From NCBI RefSeq assembly GCF_036321535.1, contig NC_087472.1:102116001-102180000 (forward strand): a DNA stretch of 64,000 nt, given 5' to 3'. Under the pieces are notes generated by a model. The model was not told the DNA's origin. It did not search any database and worked only from the letters and a program-made list of their open reading frames with translations. Both the position numbers and the translations under genes were made by a program. Source of the stretch: Camelus dromedarius (Eukaryota). Below are positions 17,761-31,325 of the stretch, one piece after another. Positions within the stretch are counted from its first letter, which is position 1. Every line of letters begins with the position of its first letter.

Positions 17761-18901
17761 AATGAGTAGAAATTATAACCAAGGAAAGGCTTATTAGGAT
17801 GGAACTAAAACTTGGTAGTCAATAAATAGCAGGGACTCAGATACTTGTTGACTGGTTAATCAATCTCTCTTAAAGCTAATGCTGGAATATTGGAAAAGGG
17901 TTCTCACTTGTTTTCATGTGGGTCAGGAGGAACAGGGCCTTTAATGACTCTTCAAATTGAAGGAGGAAGCCAATACCTCATGGCATTTGCATCTGGAAGT
18001 TGAGTGGACACTAAAGACCACCTAATTCTCTAAAAGAAGGACAAGCAAACAGTAAAAGTAGTTTCAGTGACTCAACAAGTCCTAAAATGCACCATATGAA
18101 AAGGTATGCTCTCAACCACCCAGAGCAATGAGGTAGAAACTGAGACTGTTCATAGAGAAATTTTCCAACATTTTCTGTAAAAAGTCAGAGAAGGTCTTTT
18201 AAAGATAGAATTTCTTCAGCAGCAATTAAAGGAAGAAGGCTCTGTAGCAACCTTTACCACATACTCCATGGATTTACTGCTTGCTTCTCATTTTCAACTC
18301 TACAGAAAGTGCTGATGAATAAGGCCAGAGCAGCGCATGCAAATGAGGCCAAATTCATTCACAGGTGAAACTGATTTTGGTGACACTCTCCCACCCCTGG
18401 AGTTTCAGTTTATTGTTCCAAGGGAAAATACCATCCTAAAAAAAGCACTGTCGGCCCAAACCACAGCATTAACCCCATGCTAAAGACCATTTATTTTAGT
18501 TTATGCAGAATTAACATAGCTCCTAAAACACTGATCCAATTATAGGCACCCAGACTGCACATATGATACAGAAAAAACCACGTCCCCACCTCCAATTGGA
18601 AAGTCGCCCCTTCTGCTCCTTTCTCTTTAAGAAAACCACATGCAACCCTCCACCGCCAAGAGTGAACTGTTTCACACATTTGCTTGGTTGCTTATTGAGG
18701 AAATTCTCCCTTCTCCACATGAGGTTGGGGGCTGGCTGGATAGGAAGAAATTCAGCCCCTGTCTGCTCTCCCTGTCCCGTCCAGACATCATCTTGGGAAC
18801 CTGAGCGTCCAGTTCTGTAGCAATCAATCCTTGCCAGGAAGTGCAGTGGGAGGACAACTCCCTGCTGACAAACAGTTCACAGAAATCAACATGTCTCTTA
18901 C

Positions 18902-18963
18902 CTGTGATGGACAAGGTCTTGGAGGGAGTGCAGGTGGTGGAGGTAACAATCCTGACTTAGAAG
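18902..18963 (-). CDS. REPS2: REPS2 coding exon (probably exon 14), second proline-rich motif
   Basis: ttttcttttcag|CT TCT...TCA CAG|gtaaga, 62 nt; ASKSGLLPPPPALPPRPCPSQ; the next exon was not found in 1-18900. Confidence 0.96.
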
Positions 18964-20749
18964 CTGAAAAGAAAAATACACACTGTTAAGGACCACTGAA
19001 AACAAAACAAAGCCCTCTTCACTTGTTAACTGGGAATAGCAATCGCATTTAATATGTTTCAATTTTTAAAAATCTGAGGGCTTGATTTAAAAACAAAAAA
19101 GAGTACATGCTATTTCTAATCCCTTTCCCATTTTCATCCTATCCGAAATCCAAATATTTATATAGGCTGTTGTGAATGAGACAGTATAAAAACAGTAAAG
19201 AAGTGACACCCTTTAATCAAAAAGACTGGAACCCAGCACGGAAAAGACAGTCAATCCCTCATTATTCTGATGTTAATTATTCAGTTTCATACTCTAGGCC
19301 CTTTGGCTCTTCTTCTATTTTTCCCTAGCTCTCAGCCACTGTACTGCTCATTAGCTTAAGTAGGGAGCCAGAATCCCAACAAGGCAGTGCCCTGCCCTGT
19401 AAGTGAGTGGATCTGACAGCAGTAGGGGAGGTTGAAAATGATGGACTAAAATGATACTTAGGGACTCTTCAAAGATCTCAATTTCCTTTTTTCCCTCTGA
19501 TTCTTATTATCAGGAATAACTAAATCTGTTTCTAAAATAATATGGAGCCATTTGAAGGATCTTTTGAAAGAGAGTTTTATTCTAACTTTTTAAATTTTGT
19601 GAGATACAATGAAAACTCGAGTTAAGCCAAGAATGTCTGAATTGTAACTTAACAATGAAAATAAACATCTGCTATTGAATTATAAATAAGGCTCATGACC
19701 ACATACAAGAAATAACTTTATCATCACACATTGGCCAAGTTAAACCACATTCTTTACAAACTCGGAAAAGCACACTGTGCTCTATACAACTACATGCAGT
19801 TTATTTGTAAATCTGTGATATGTGTGCTAATATTTGGACAACTTTCTGTGCCTTAAAAATAAATCATAGCAATGTGCCAAAAACATAAAAGCCTTTGCAT
19901 ATCACTTTTGATTTGACCCAGCTAGATCAGACAAGCTAGAAGATGGAGTTCGAGAATTTCCACAAAGGTAACTCAGAGTAATTTCACAGAGATTTTCCTT
20001 CTGAGCCAGTGCATGGATATGGTACAAGCATGTGGCCCATCAATGATTTCTCTCAATCTGTCTTTCATTAAAATTTATGAAACACATCAGTGAGTCAAAA
20101 CTCCAGAGGTAGTGAGACCTTGAACAGCCTCCGGTAACAAAGCATGTAGCAACAGAGAATGACAAAAGCCTCAGGAATTCTCCACCTCAGGGCCCCTACT
20201 CTATAGATCCTCATGGATTGGGCCTTTAAATTACCAGTTACTTTAAAAATAAAATGAAAAACCAAACAAAAAACAAAATCTCTGCTTACTTCTAAAGGAA
20301 AGGCCTTGCAACAGAATTAAGCGTATGTTAAAACAACCCTTTATTAACAAAAGAAGACTAAGAAATGAAAAGCCATTTAGTTAAATGACTTCTGCTTTCC
20401 AGCCAAGAAGGAGTAACAGAGGCCAGATTTAGCCTTACATTTGAAACGGCCAAAAACAAACATATACATGTTTATATAAAACAACAGTTTTGAAGACACT
20501 AGGAAACCAAACAACAGAAGACAGTGATCCCTGAGAGACAGGAAACAAACAAGGTAAGCTGTGTGACTCACTGTCCCTATTTACAGCCCTGCGAATTACT
20601 AGAAACAGAACTTAATTCAGATTCATGTCTGATTAATTTCCTTTTTACTATTATTTAATTTTTTAAAAACAAATGCCCTATTTTTATAAAAGATGATGTA
20701 AGTGTATGGTTCTGAATATACTTTTGGATAAAATTACATCACTTACAAA

Positions 20750-23330
20750 TATTAACAGCAGTTTTTCTTCTTTTCAGTATCTTGATCTATTTTTTGGTTT
20801 TGCTCTTATTTACCTGGCTAGAACATCTACTGTAAAATTGAATAATAATGGTGACCTGGGCATTTTTGTCTTCTCTTGATCTTAAAGGTAAGGCTTTCAC
20901 TATTTCAGCACTGAGTATGGTATTTGCTGCAGGTTTCTTGTAGATACTCTTCAATGGATTACAAAAATTCCTACCTATTTTTACTTTTTTCATAATTTGC
21001 TGCTGAATTTTAACCAAAGCCGTATCTCCATCAGTTGAGATGATGGTATGATTTTTCCACTTACGATTTGTTAATATGATGAATTACATTATGAATTTCT
21101 TAATAATAAAACACTCTTGCAGACAGGATAACCCCAACTTGGTCAGGTTTTCACATCTGCTAGATTTAGTTGGCTAATATTTTGTTTAGGATATTTGCAA
21201 CTATATTCATGAGTTAAATTGACAGGTGAGTTTCCTTTCTTATATGGCCCTCTGGTATGCTTGATTCAGCTAGAGGGTGTTCCCCCATCTCTATTCTGGA
21301 ATAGGGTGTAATGTAAGATCAAAAATTGTTGCTGTTGTTGTTGTTGAATCTCAGGTAACATATGACAGCAGAACCACCTGGGCCTGCAGTTTCCTTTGAA
21401 ATAAGATTTTTAATGATTTCGCTTCTCTGTTATAGGGTTATTCAGACGTTCTTTAGTCAGTTTTGATAAATGATCTTTGTCTAGACATTTATTCGTTTTG
21501 TCTAAGTTTTCACATTTATTGCCATAAAGGTGTTCAAATCCCCCTCATCATCTTAATCTCTGCATATGTAATTTTCTTTTTCCATTCCTAATACTGCTTG
21601 TTATCAGTCTAGTTTTTGTTCATCAGTCTCACCTGACATCCATCACGTTTTATTATTCTTTTCAAAAAGCCAACTTTTAACTTTTTTGAGCCTCCATATT
21701 ATATGCTTGCTTTCTGTTTCATTAATGTCTGCTCATCTCCTTCCATGTACTGTCTTTGGGCTTATACTGTTGTTCTTTTTCTACCTTAAATTGGTTGCTT
21801 GGCTCACTAACTTTCAGCTTTTCTTCTTTTCTAGTATAAGCATTTAAGGTTATAAACTTTCTAGCAAGTATCTCTTTAATATAGTCTCATGGGTTTTGAT
21901 ATGTGATACCATTCAGTTTCAAAATTTTCCTGATTTCCATTACAATTTCTTTTATGATGTTACCTTCTGCCTGAAGTTCATCTTTTAGAATTGCCTTAAT
22001 TGAGAGTCTATTAGTAGTAAGCTTAGTCAATTTAACTTAAAAAGTCTTTATTTTGCCTCATTCTTGAAAGATGATTTTTACTGAGTATAGAATTCTAGAT
22101 TGACAGCTATTTTCTCCCAGCACATTGAAAATAACATTTCACTATCTTCTGACTTCCATTATTGCAGCTGAGAAGTCAAATGTCAATAGAATCAACGTTT
22201 TTTGGTAGGTAGTCTGTCTTCTCTCTGGTTGCTTTTAAGATCTACTCTTTGTTTTTAATATTCTGCAGTACCAAACTTTACCTTGCAACTGCATGTGTAT
22301 TTTTTCATCCTCTTTTTCTTTCATAAGCTGCTAAGCGTAAACTGGAATTTCTAAACCACGTGGCATCCCATTAACTTTGGGAAATTTTAAGTAATTCTTC
22401 AAATTTTGTCTTCCCACCACATCCTCTCATCTCTCCTCCTGAAGCTTTCTAATTGTGCAGTTACTAGTTTCCTCATTAATTAATGAGATAATAAAATCTT
22501 TGACAGGATATATTTTTAATTTGTATGAAAGTCATGATTTTATCTTTTTTTTCCCAAAAGAGTACTTTTAAAGGTAAAGACTGTACAGTGACTAAAGGAG
22601 GTAAGTACTTAGAGACCAAAAAATGTCAATATTTTTCTTGGTTTTTAAATAAAAGTCAGAAGTATGGGCTGTCCCTCAAAACACCTTACATTTACTCTTC
22701 TCAACAACGCTAAGAGAAGAGTACCATAGTTATTTCTGCTTTATAGATGATAAGAGGAAGCAAAATGAGGGGAAGTAACTTATCTGTATTCAAATAGGAT
22801 TCAAATACTCAGGTACCATTAATGAGGGAACTAGTAAGTGGTTCTAGGTAATTTTCTAAGATCTGTCGTCCAATTAACCAGTTTCCTCTTCAATTGTACT
22901 TAATGTCCTGTTAAGCCAATCTCTGAGTTAATTTCAGTGACTAAATTTTTCATTTCTAGGAGTTCTATTTGGTCTTTTTTCAAAGTGGCTTTTTCATTTT
23001 TATAATTTATTGGCTTCTTACTCATTTTCTTCATCGCCTTTCTTTCAATATATTAAATATATTTAAGTAACAGTCTGTGTCTAACAATTCCAAAATCTGA
23101 GAGTTTGTATTTTCTACTGTTTTGTTACTTCTGCAGGCTCTCTCTGATTGTGTTCCATTTCCTACAGTGTTGGCAACCTTTGACTCCGAACATAAATTCC
23201 TTGGAACGTTACCTATAGGGATACTTTGGGGCCTGAGTGGAAAGTGGGTCCCTCCTCTACTACTTCTGTCAGAAACCTAAAGGCACCATCAACCTGGGAC
23301 CACTTTAAACTAAAATCTTGGCTTGGTATT
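20750..23330 (-). mobile_element. Old L1 ORF2/ORF1 remnant
   Basis: ORF 20787..21017 contains IYKKPAANTILSAEIVKALPLRS (L1 RT-region-like); T-rich antisense L1 composition. Confidence 0.75.
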
Positions 23331-23393
23331 ATGTAGGAATTTCTGCTGTCCTGATATTTTGTTAAATGTACTATGACTTCTGAGGAAACATAG

Positions 23394-23469
23394 TTTTTTT
23401 TTTAATATAGGTGATTCACAATGTTGTGTTTGTTTCTGGTGTACACCAAAGTGATTCAGTTATACATAT
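23394..23469 (-). mobile_element. Short L1 3'-end fragment
   Basis: poly-T then aatataggtgattcacaatgttgtg...gattcagttatacatat, an antisense L1 3' terminus. Confidence 0.7.
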
Positions 23470-24219
23470 TAAAGATAGTAGTTTGAAAATTTAATTTCAC
23501 TCTTACCTCATCAACAGAAAAGTGAAGAGAACTGTTTAAATTTTCTTGTTTAAATTTGGAACTGGGAAAATAGAAGAGTGACTAAGAGCTGAATGAGTAG
23601 TAAAGAAAGCACAGAGTAACTAAACTGTACCACAGAAGCCCCCTAGTTCTCAAGAACTGGTGACACTAAACTCAAGAAGTGGGGGTAAAACAAGGAAAGC
23701 GATAAAAAATAAAGAAAATTAACTGATAGTGGATCCTATTTTGTACCCTTCAGGAGAAGGGCGTACCTCGACAAGACCTACAAAGATCTGGTTCCAGCTA
23801 TACCTCATGCTGTTTTTGGCTTCAAAATCCCTGCTACTGTGGTCCCTTCTGCCTGTCAGTGGTCATGTCCTGCCTCTATTCACCTGGATAACTCAGAATA
23901 TAGTAAGTGACCAACAAATATTTGTTTGAGCTTATGTAAGAAAGAACTATAGAATTATGCTGCATACCCATATTAAAAAAAAATGATTGAAGTACTTTAG
24001 GAACAGCTAGATCCTGAGATTTTTCTCACACATTCTGCACAGTTTCAGCATGTCTCCCATTCCAGAAAAAGGCTAGAAATATTTTTTCTTCTCCAGGGAG
24101 GACACAAGGTCCAGATGAAGGTATAGGGGCCATACTGAAAACAGGGGGATACAGCAAATGTATATACTCTGGATGCTGAGACACTTTCAGCCCTCTCCCT
24201 CTCTGCTCCCAGACTACTG

Positions 24220-25880
24220 TCTCCACAGATTGGAATACTGTGTTCTAGAGAACTGGACCAGCCTAGATGGAAGACCTAGATATTAACATCAAGAGATCCC
24301 CAACAAGATGTTCCAGCCAGATCATTCTACCATGAAGCCCACATATGGCACATCCCATCCATTCATTCATGTCTTCCAATCAGCTTTTTAGCCCCTATTC
24401 TTACATATAAGCAGACAATGAAGTACTGCCAGATATCTGCAGAAAATTTTCTAACCTAAGACACAGCAATGAAAATAGAAAAAAATGGCCTCAAAGAAAA
24501 CAGATTAGATCTACACTAGGAGAAAAAAAATTAATTTATATATTATTAATATCACTAGAATGATCAATTGGCTAATTCCAAAAATATTTAAATATTTACT
24601 GTGTGCCAGGCACTACTGTTTGAGGTGCTGGGAAAACATCAGTGGAAAAAAAAATCCAGGAAAAAAAGCCCTACCCTCACAAAGCTTATACTGAGAAGAC
24701 AGATAATGGGGTAGGAGTGAGGGATGAAATGAATAATAGAGTCATCAGGGAAAGCCTCAAAAGAGATAAGAAATGTTGTTTGCAAAGATGAAATAATGAG
24801 GCACTATTGAAAAAAGAACATTCAAAAAACTAAAAAGAGCATTTAGAAATGAAAAACATGACAGCAGAAAGGGAAGGTTTAATAGAAAGGTTCAAATATA
24901 ACCCAAGAAAATCTTTTAAAAAGTAGGGTAATATCCAAATAAAAGTTCCACAAAAAGAAATAGAGAAAATAGCAATAAAGCAATTAACTAGTTCAAGAAA
25001 ATTTCCCAGAAATGAAGAATGTGAATTTCTAAATTGAAAAAACCCACTGAGTACCCAGGATAGTGGAAGAAAACAGACTCATGGTAAGGCACATCAACAT
25101 GAAATTTCAAAAAATTGGAGTTAGAAGATTTTACAAGTTTCCAGCAGTGGGTGGGAAAGGAAGGCAAGTCACATACAAAAGAGTCCAAATAGTTTTATAT
25201 TTCTTAAAATATCACTGGAAACTAGAATTCATTGGAGTGATACCATCAAAATTCTGAAGAAATCTTATTTACAACTGATGACCATATGCCTGAACTAGCA
25301 GCCTGAATGATGGCTCAATTAAAGATACTTTTAGACATGAGTGTCTCAAATTGAGCACCATATACCCTTTCCAAGAAAGCTACTCAAGGATGTGGTCTAC
25401 CAAAACAAGAAATTAAACCAAGAAAGAGTAAGACATAAAATACAGGATATAGGAGATTCAACATGGGAAAAAGAGGAATGGAATCCCTAGATGACAGTAT
25501 AGGGAGATGCCACGATGAAAACTATGTATCAGGCATAGAAGACAATCATTTTTGATTTCTTCAAAAAGAAGAAACTAATATCTGATGTTTCAGAATTTTT
25601 TAAGAGTAACTTCAGAAAACTGAGGGAGTCTATAGTTGATTTAGGGGCAAGTACACTAAAAAGAAACAAGTTGATAATTTACTCCAAAGCAAACAAAAAT
25701 CTGTGCAGCAGGAAAAGTGGAAAATTTACTATATGACTCACATAGCTAAAATAATAATATAAACAGTCTATTAATCTAACCAAAATGATAATATAACTAT
25801 ATTGGGAGAGTGGAAGAGGGGAGAGGTGATAGGGGAGGGAGGCAGTAGATGATGACTAAAACTGAAAAGTCAACAAGAGG
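24220..25880 (+). mobile_element. Old L1/HAL1-like ORF1 remnant containing an L2 3' fragment (~24575-24760)
   Basis: caagaaaatttcccagaaatgaag ORF1-like motif; L2-like atttactgtgtgccaggcact. Confidence 0.6.
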
Positions 25881-25895
25881 TTATAAAATATGTCA

Positions 25896-25980
25896 TGCAC
25901 AACTGAAAAATTGTGCTCTACAGTAGAATTTGACACAACATTGTAAAATGACTATAACTCAATAAAAAATGAAAATAAAT
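25896..25980 (+). mobile_element. About 85-bp young L1 3' tip
   Basis: nearly identical to 35471-35547 (gaatttgacacaacattgtaaaatgactataactcaataaaaaa). Confidence 0.85.
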
Positions 25981-27024
25981 ATGAAGAAAATATCAAACAC
26001 TGGTATATATAACCAATATAATCAACATAAAAATCATACATAAACAATATAAATAATCAACATAAAAAATTATGTCAAGAGTGTATTCTCCCAAATCTTG
26101 AGGTATGTCAGTGGCCTTAGAGGAACTTCCTGGGCTTCAGTTTGTCCCTCAGTTCAGCATGGAGCTCTGGGCCTACCCTCTCCACAATATCAGGATATAA
26201 AGCTGTGATTCTTTACTTTTCGAACTTCTTCCCTCTGTTTCCACAAGTCAAGTCCACTGAGCTTCAACCAAGAGAAGGGAAAACTACAAGTTCGTATTCA
26301 TTTCACTTCACTTCAGATTTGGAGAATCAGCAAGAAATGCCACAATTTGCCTCCTCACACACATGGCTTCTGGAAGGAGGCAGGCAGAGCCAAGAGTGCA
26401 CCCCAAGCCTCAGGTTCTCCCTTAGCTGATGCTCTTTTCCCCCCAAAAAATGGCATTAGCTCACGCATCTTTCCATGTTCGGTTGCTGCTCAGAAATCTC
26501 TTCCATGTGTTTATGATTCCGTGTTCACTTCCTTTAATGGGAGGAGATATTAATCTAGCTTCATTCTACCGATTTTATGTCTAATTCAACTTTTTGTCTC
26601 CCATAGCACCTAAGCATACTACCTTGTGTTTAATAAGTATGCACACAGTGGGTGAATAACTGGAACTGAATTTAGCGAAAAATCTTTCTTAAAATATTTT
26701 CAGCCCATTAAATTAGATTCAAATATTTTATCCAGCATGTTCTAAACAATTCTTTTTAAAGTACACCCTCATGCAAAGTGAAACTGAAAAAATACTTTGG
26801 CTGGATAATCTTGTGTACACATGCAAAAGATGAAAACGTACCTGTTAATAGTACCACCTGCTTTCCCAGAAAGGAAGAGAAGGAAAGAAGAAAGGGGAGG
26901 AGAACACATTTTCTGCATACATAAAAAACTATCATTCTCATGAAGTAACTGCGAGTTTATTCCTAAAGTCTCACAGTTAATAAGGTAGGATACCAGGTAT
27001 CAGTAAGGCTTTGTCAAATAAGTC

Positions 27025-27520
27025 TCCATCAACATATGAATGGATAAAGAAGATGTAAGATATAGATATAGAGATACAGATATAGATATGTACAATGGAA
27101 TATTACTCAGCCATAAAAGGAATGAAATTTTGTCATTTGCAGCAACATGGATGGACATGGAGGTATTACGTTTAGTGAAGTCAGAGAAAGGCAAGTACAA
27201 TATGTTTTCACTTCTAAGTGGCATCTAAAAAATACAACAAATGAATTAATATAACAAAACAGAAACAATCACAAATACAGAGAACAAATTAGTGGTTACC
27301 ATTTGGGGGACAGGTAGGGAAAACATAGGGGAAAGGGATGAAGAGGTATAGACTACTAAGTATAAAATAAGTAAGACATAGAATGCAATAACAGTATAGG
27401 GAATACAATCAATATTTTAGAATAACTTTAAATGGAGTATAATCTACAAAAATATCAAATCACTATTATACACCTGAAACTAATGTAACATTGTAAATCA
27501 ACTATACTTCAATTTTTTTA
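27025..27520 (+). mobile_element. 5'-truncated L1 3' end
   Basis: KRNEILSFAATWMDME ORF2 end plus 3'UTR ending aatcaactatacttcaa. Confidence 0.88.
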
Positions 27521-28708
27521 AATTTTGTAAGTGTAATCAGAGAAAAAAATAATAAATACCCTAGTCTTGAAACACAGATTAAAAATTCATGAAAGAAACT
27601 GCCATTTAATCTTAAATTCAGAAAACACAGTATAATTTCCCATGTTTATTAAATATATTGAAAGAAATGCATCTTCTGACACTGATCTGCTCAATCTCAG
27701 CTTCTTAGTATCTGCATCCAGAACTCTAACCTCTAAAATTTTTCATCCTCTTACTCATTATACTTAGAAATTTCCCAGCAAAATATTATTCATATATATT
27801 ACTCTCCATTTACTAATTTCCTTCAGATTTTTACAAAGCCCCAAATCAATGACTAAATGAAAACACGTTCCAATTCACTGAGTGGAAATAAAGCAGCAGA
27901 TGTGGCAATTGAAAGCTTCAAGGAACAGAAAGCCAATTCTTCAGGGGAATAAAACTTGGAATAATGTCAGCTGTGGAAAAGGGCTCCCATCCCCTAACAC
28001 TAAGAATATTTTATGAAGAAAATAAAAGCATTCAAATGTCAAAGGGGAAAAAAAAACACTTAACGAATGGAAAATGTTGAAAGAAGCCTGCCAAGAGGAC
28101 CTACACTTTTAAGTATCAATCAAGTAGAGAGTTGGCCATATGCAAAGCTTCAAGGATTTCATCAGTAAAGACCATTCTTCTTCTTGGCAAGTTCATAAAA
28201 ATGGCTATTTCTTTGCAAAAGAAATTGTTCTTTCTTTCTCTCCTTCCTAATCACAAAAGCATGTGTGAGCCTATGCCTATCCCCTGATCACCAAATTACA
28301 CACAGTGATGGGTTCATACATCATATACACCTACACAGATGATAAAATGTTTGCCAAGAGTATCTTTCCAACAATACCTGCCTTCATGCTTGACTTACCC
28401 CAAAAAACAAAAGCTCATTAAATACTCTGTGAAGCAGAACAACTTTCACCAGTTAAAAGAGATGAACTTACACATGCCTTGGAATTGTTCAAGAAGGAAA
28501 ATATTAATGACTGCATTTGGAAAAGTAATGAGATCAAATCCAATAGTTTTACTTTACATATGAGAAAATTAAAGCCTGGGGAAGTAAAATTACATCATTG
28601 AGGTCACAAGGCTACCATGAGGCAGCAAGCAGTATCACATTTTGAAGCTATAGGACAAGTAGTGGTAAAGAAAAGAAAAGGGCACTGAGATGGGAAATTC
28701 GCAGCTGG

Positions 28709-28805
28709 ACAGGGGTTACTTTATATCCAGAGACTAAGCATGTCAGAAGGCTGCAAAGCAAGAATACTGAAACTTCAAGGGCCTAAAGGATGCTTCTGCA
28801 TATGC
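28709..28805 (+). repeat. Left arm of a perfect 97-bp inverted repeat
   Basis: exact reverse complement of 30151-30247, checked base by base. Confidence 0.97.
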
Positions 28806-30150
28806 TATACACCACAAACTGAGATAAGTAAGATGTTAAACACTACTTAAAAATGTGCCACTGGAGCAAATATTTAGCCTCCTAAGTCATGTGACTGTCT
28901 CTTCACAAGCCTATGTATAACTCCTCCACACTATAAAACATTCAGTGTAGAACTGGCATAAGGACATACAGATCAATGAAACAGAATACAGAGTCCAGAA
29001 ATAAACCCTTATATTTATAGTGAAGTGATTTTTGACAAAGGTGCCAAGGCAATTCAATAGGAAGAGTATTTTTTCAACAAATAGTGTGGGACAAGTGGAT
29101 ATTAATATAGAAAGAGATGAACTTAGATCCTTACCTCACACCATATGCAAAAATTAAATCAAAATGAATTAGCAATATGAAAGCAAGAGCTAAAATTATA
29201 ACACTTTTAGAAGAAAACAGGAGAAAAATCTTCAAGACTTTGGGTTGGACAAGTATTTCTTAGCTGTGACACCAAAAGCACAGTCCAAACAGGCAAGAAT
29301 TCATAAACTGTACTTCATCAAAATTCAAAACTTTTGTGCTTCAAAAGACATCATTAAGAAAATGAAAAGACAAGTCACAAACTGGGGGAAAATGTTTGCA
29401 AATCACATATTTGATAAAGGTCTTGTATCCAGAATATACAATGAGCTCCAGCATGTGCAACTCAACAATAAGAAGATAAACACACAATTTTAAAATGAGC
29501 AAATGAGTAGATATTTCACCAAAGAAGATACAGGAATCACTAACAAGCACACAAAAAGACACTCAATACCGCTAATCATCAGGGAAATGCAAATAAAAAC
29601 CACAATGACATACCACCTCATACCTACTAGGATAGCTATAACAAAAAAGACAGTAAGTGTTGGTGAAGATGTGAAAAAAACAGTAAACACTAATGGTGAG
29701 AATATAAAATGGTACATTCACTTTAGAAACCAGTTTGGCAGTTTCTTTAAAAGTTATACATAAATTTACCATACACTCAGCAATTTCACTCCTAGGTATT
29801 GTGCCAAGAGAAATGAAAACAGATGTTCACACAAAGACTTTCATGTATTCAAGTCTTGGCATGATTATTCATAACAGGTAAAAAGAAAAAACAACTCAGG
29901 TGTCCATCAAACTGAAGGATAAACAAAATGTGGTATAATGGAATACTATTGAGTAATAAAAAGAAATGGAATACTGATACATGCTACAACACGAATGAAC
30001 CTCAAAATATTATTCAAAGTAAAGGAAGCCAGACACAAAGATCCCCATTGTATGATTCTGTTTATATAGAATGTCCATAAAAAGCAAATCTATAGAAACA
30101 GAAAGTAGATTAGTAGTTGCCTAGGGCGGGGCATGGGGATTAACTCTAAG

Positions 30151-30244
30151 GCATATGCAGAAGCATCCTTTAGGCCCTTGAAGTTTCAGTATTCTTGCTT
30201 TGCAGCCTTCTGACATGCTTAGTCTCTGGATATAAAGTAACCCC

Positions 30245-30247
<3 letters not shown>
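30151..30247 (-). repeat. Right arm of the perfect 97-bp inverted repeat
   Basis: exact reverse complement of 28709-28805. Confidence 0.97.

Positions 30248-30250
<3 letters not shown>

Positions 30251-30314
<64 letters not shown>
30251..30314. repeat. (AT)32 microsatellite
   Basis: uninterrupted AT run. Confidence 0.98.
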
Positions 30315-30316
<2 letters not shown>

Positions 30317-31268
30317 CTGGGGTGCTGAAAATGTTCTAAAACTGGATTATGGTGACAGTAGCAACATTTGATAAATTTACTAGAAATCACTGAGTTGTTC
30401 ACTTAAAATGGATGAACTTTATGGTCTGCAAATTATACCTCAATAGTTTCTTTTTAAAGGGTAGGGAAAAGTATAATTAATTATATGGTAGAATACAGAT
30501 GAAACAAGATGGGCCACAGTTGATAATTATTGCAGCTAGGGGTTCAGTATACCCTTCCTTTTCTTTTGTATATACATATTTAAGGTTTTTAATAATAACT
30601 TAACTTTTGGATCATTAAAAAAAAAGGAAATAGATATACTCCTAAGATCTCCAAGTATTTATGTAAGCAAAACTTTCTTTCCTGTCTCCTTGAAGTATCT
30701 CAGAGAAATCTGTCTAACATTGTAAATTATGTAGAAGGAAACACAGGAAAATTAATATTAGTTTCTTGCTTACAGAGGACACCATATTTATTCTTTTAAT
30801 AGATTGTTTAACTTTAGACATTAATTAGTGTTATTACCTATAGAAAAATACTGAGGTGTGCCCCCCAAATTAAATTAGTATAGACTGCTTTCTCTGATAC
30901 CAAATCTGCTGTAACAAAGATCTGAACAAAGATTTTCCATCTTCAAAGGATTCTGATGGAGAACAAAGCAATTATATCCTCTGGATCTCAGTCTCTTTGC
31001 CCTTAATATGTGAGTTGGCCAACATGACAAGTTCTTTTTTAGCACTGACATTCCATGATTCTAGAATTTATTTTCTGGTATTTACCAATAATTCCTTCTT
31101 CCTGCACCATGGGATATGTGGCAATGGTTAGTTAGGTCTCAAATGGAAACAGTTAAACAATGAAACCAAAAATTTAACTTTGGTGAAAGTCAAGTTTCAC
31201 TTCTCATATTACATTTATATAATGCATTTCTCCTAATCATTTTACTATTAAACTCCTTAAATCACTAG

Positions 31269-31270
<2 letters not shown>

Positions 31271-31322
<52 letters not shown>
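31271..31322. repeat. (GT)26 microsatellite
   Basis: uninterrupted GT run. Confidence 0.98.

Positions 31323-31325
<3 letters not shown>

Larger units (their letters stand above)
28945..30460 (+). mobile_element. Old L1 (L1MB-like) ORF2 3' part and 3'UTR
   Basis: FIKIQNFCASKDIIKKMKRQ and [14 protein letters not shown]; the 3'UTR is interrupted at 30151-30314. Confidence 0.9.

Noticed and set aside
18337..18344. Octamer motif ATGCAAAT (also at several other positions)
   Set aside because: AT-rich 8-mer expected several times by chance in 64 kb
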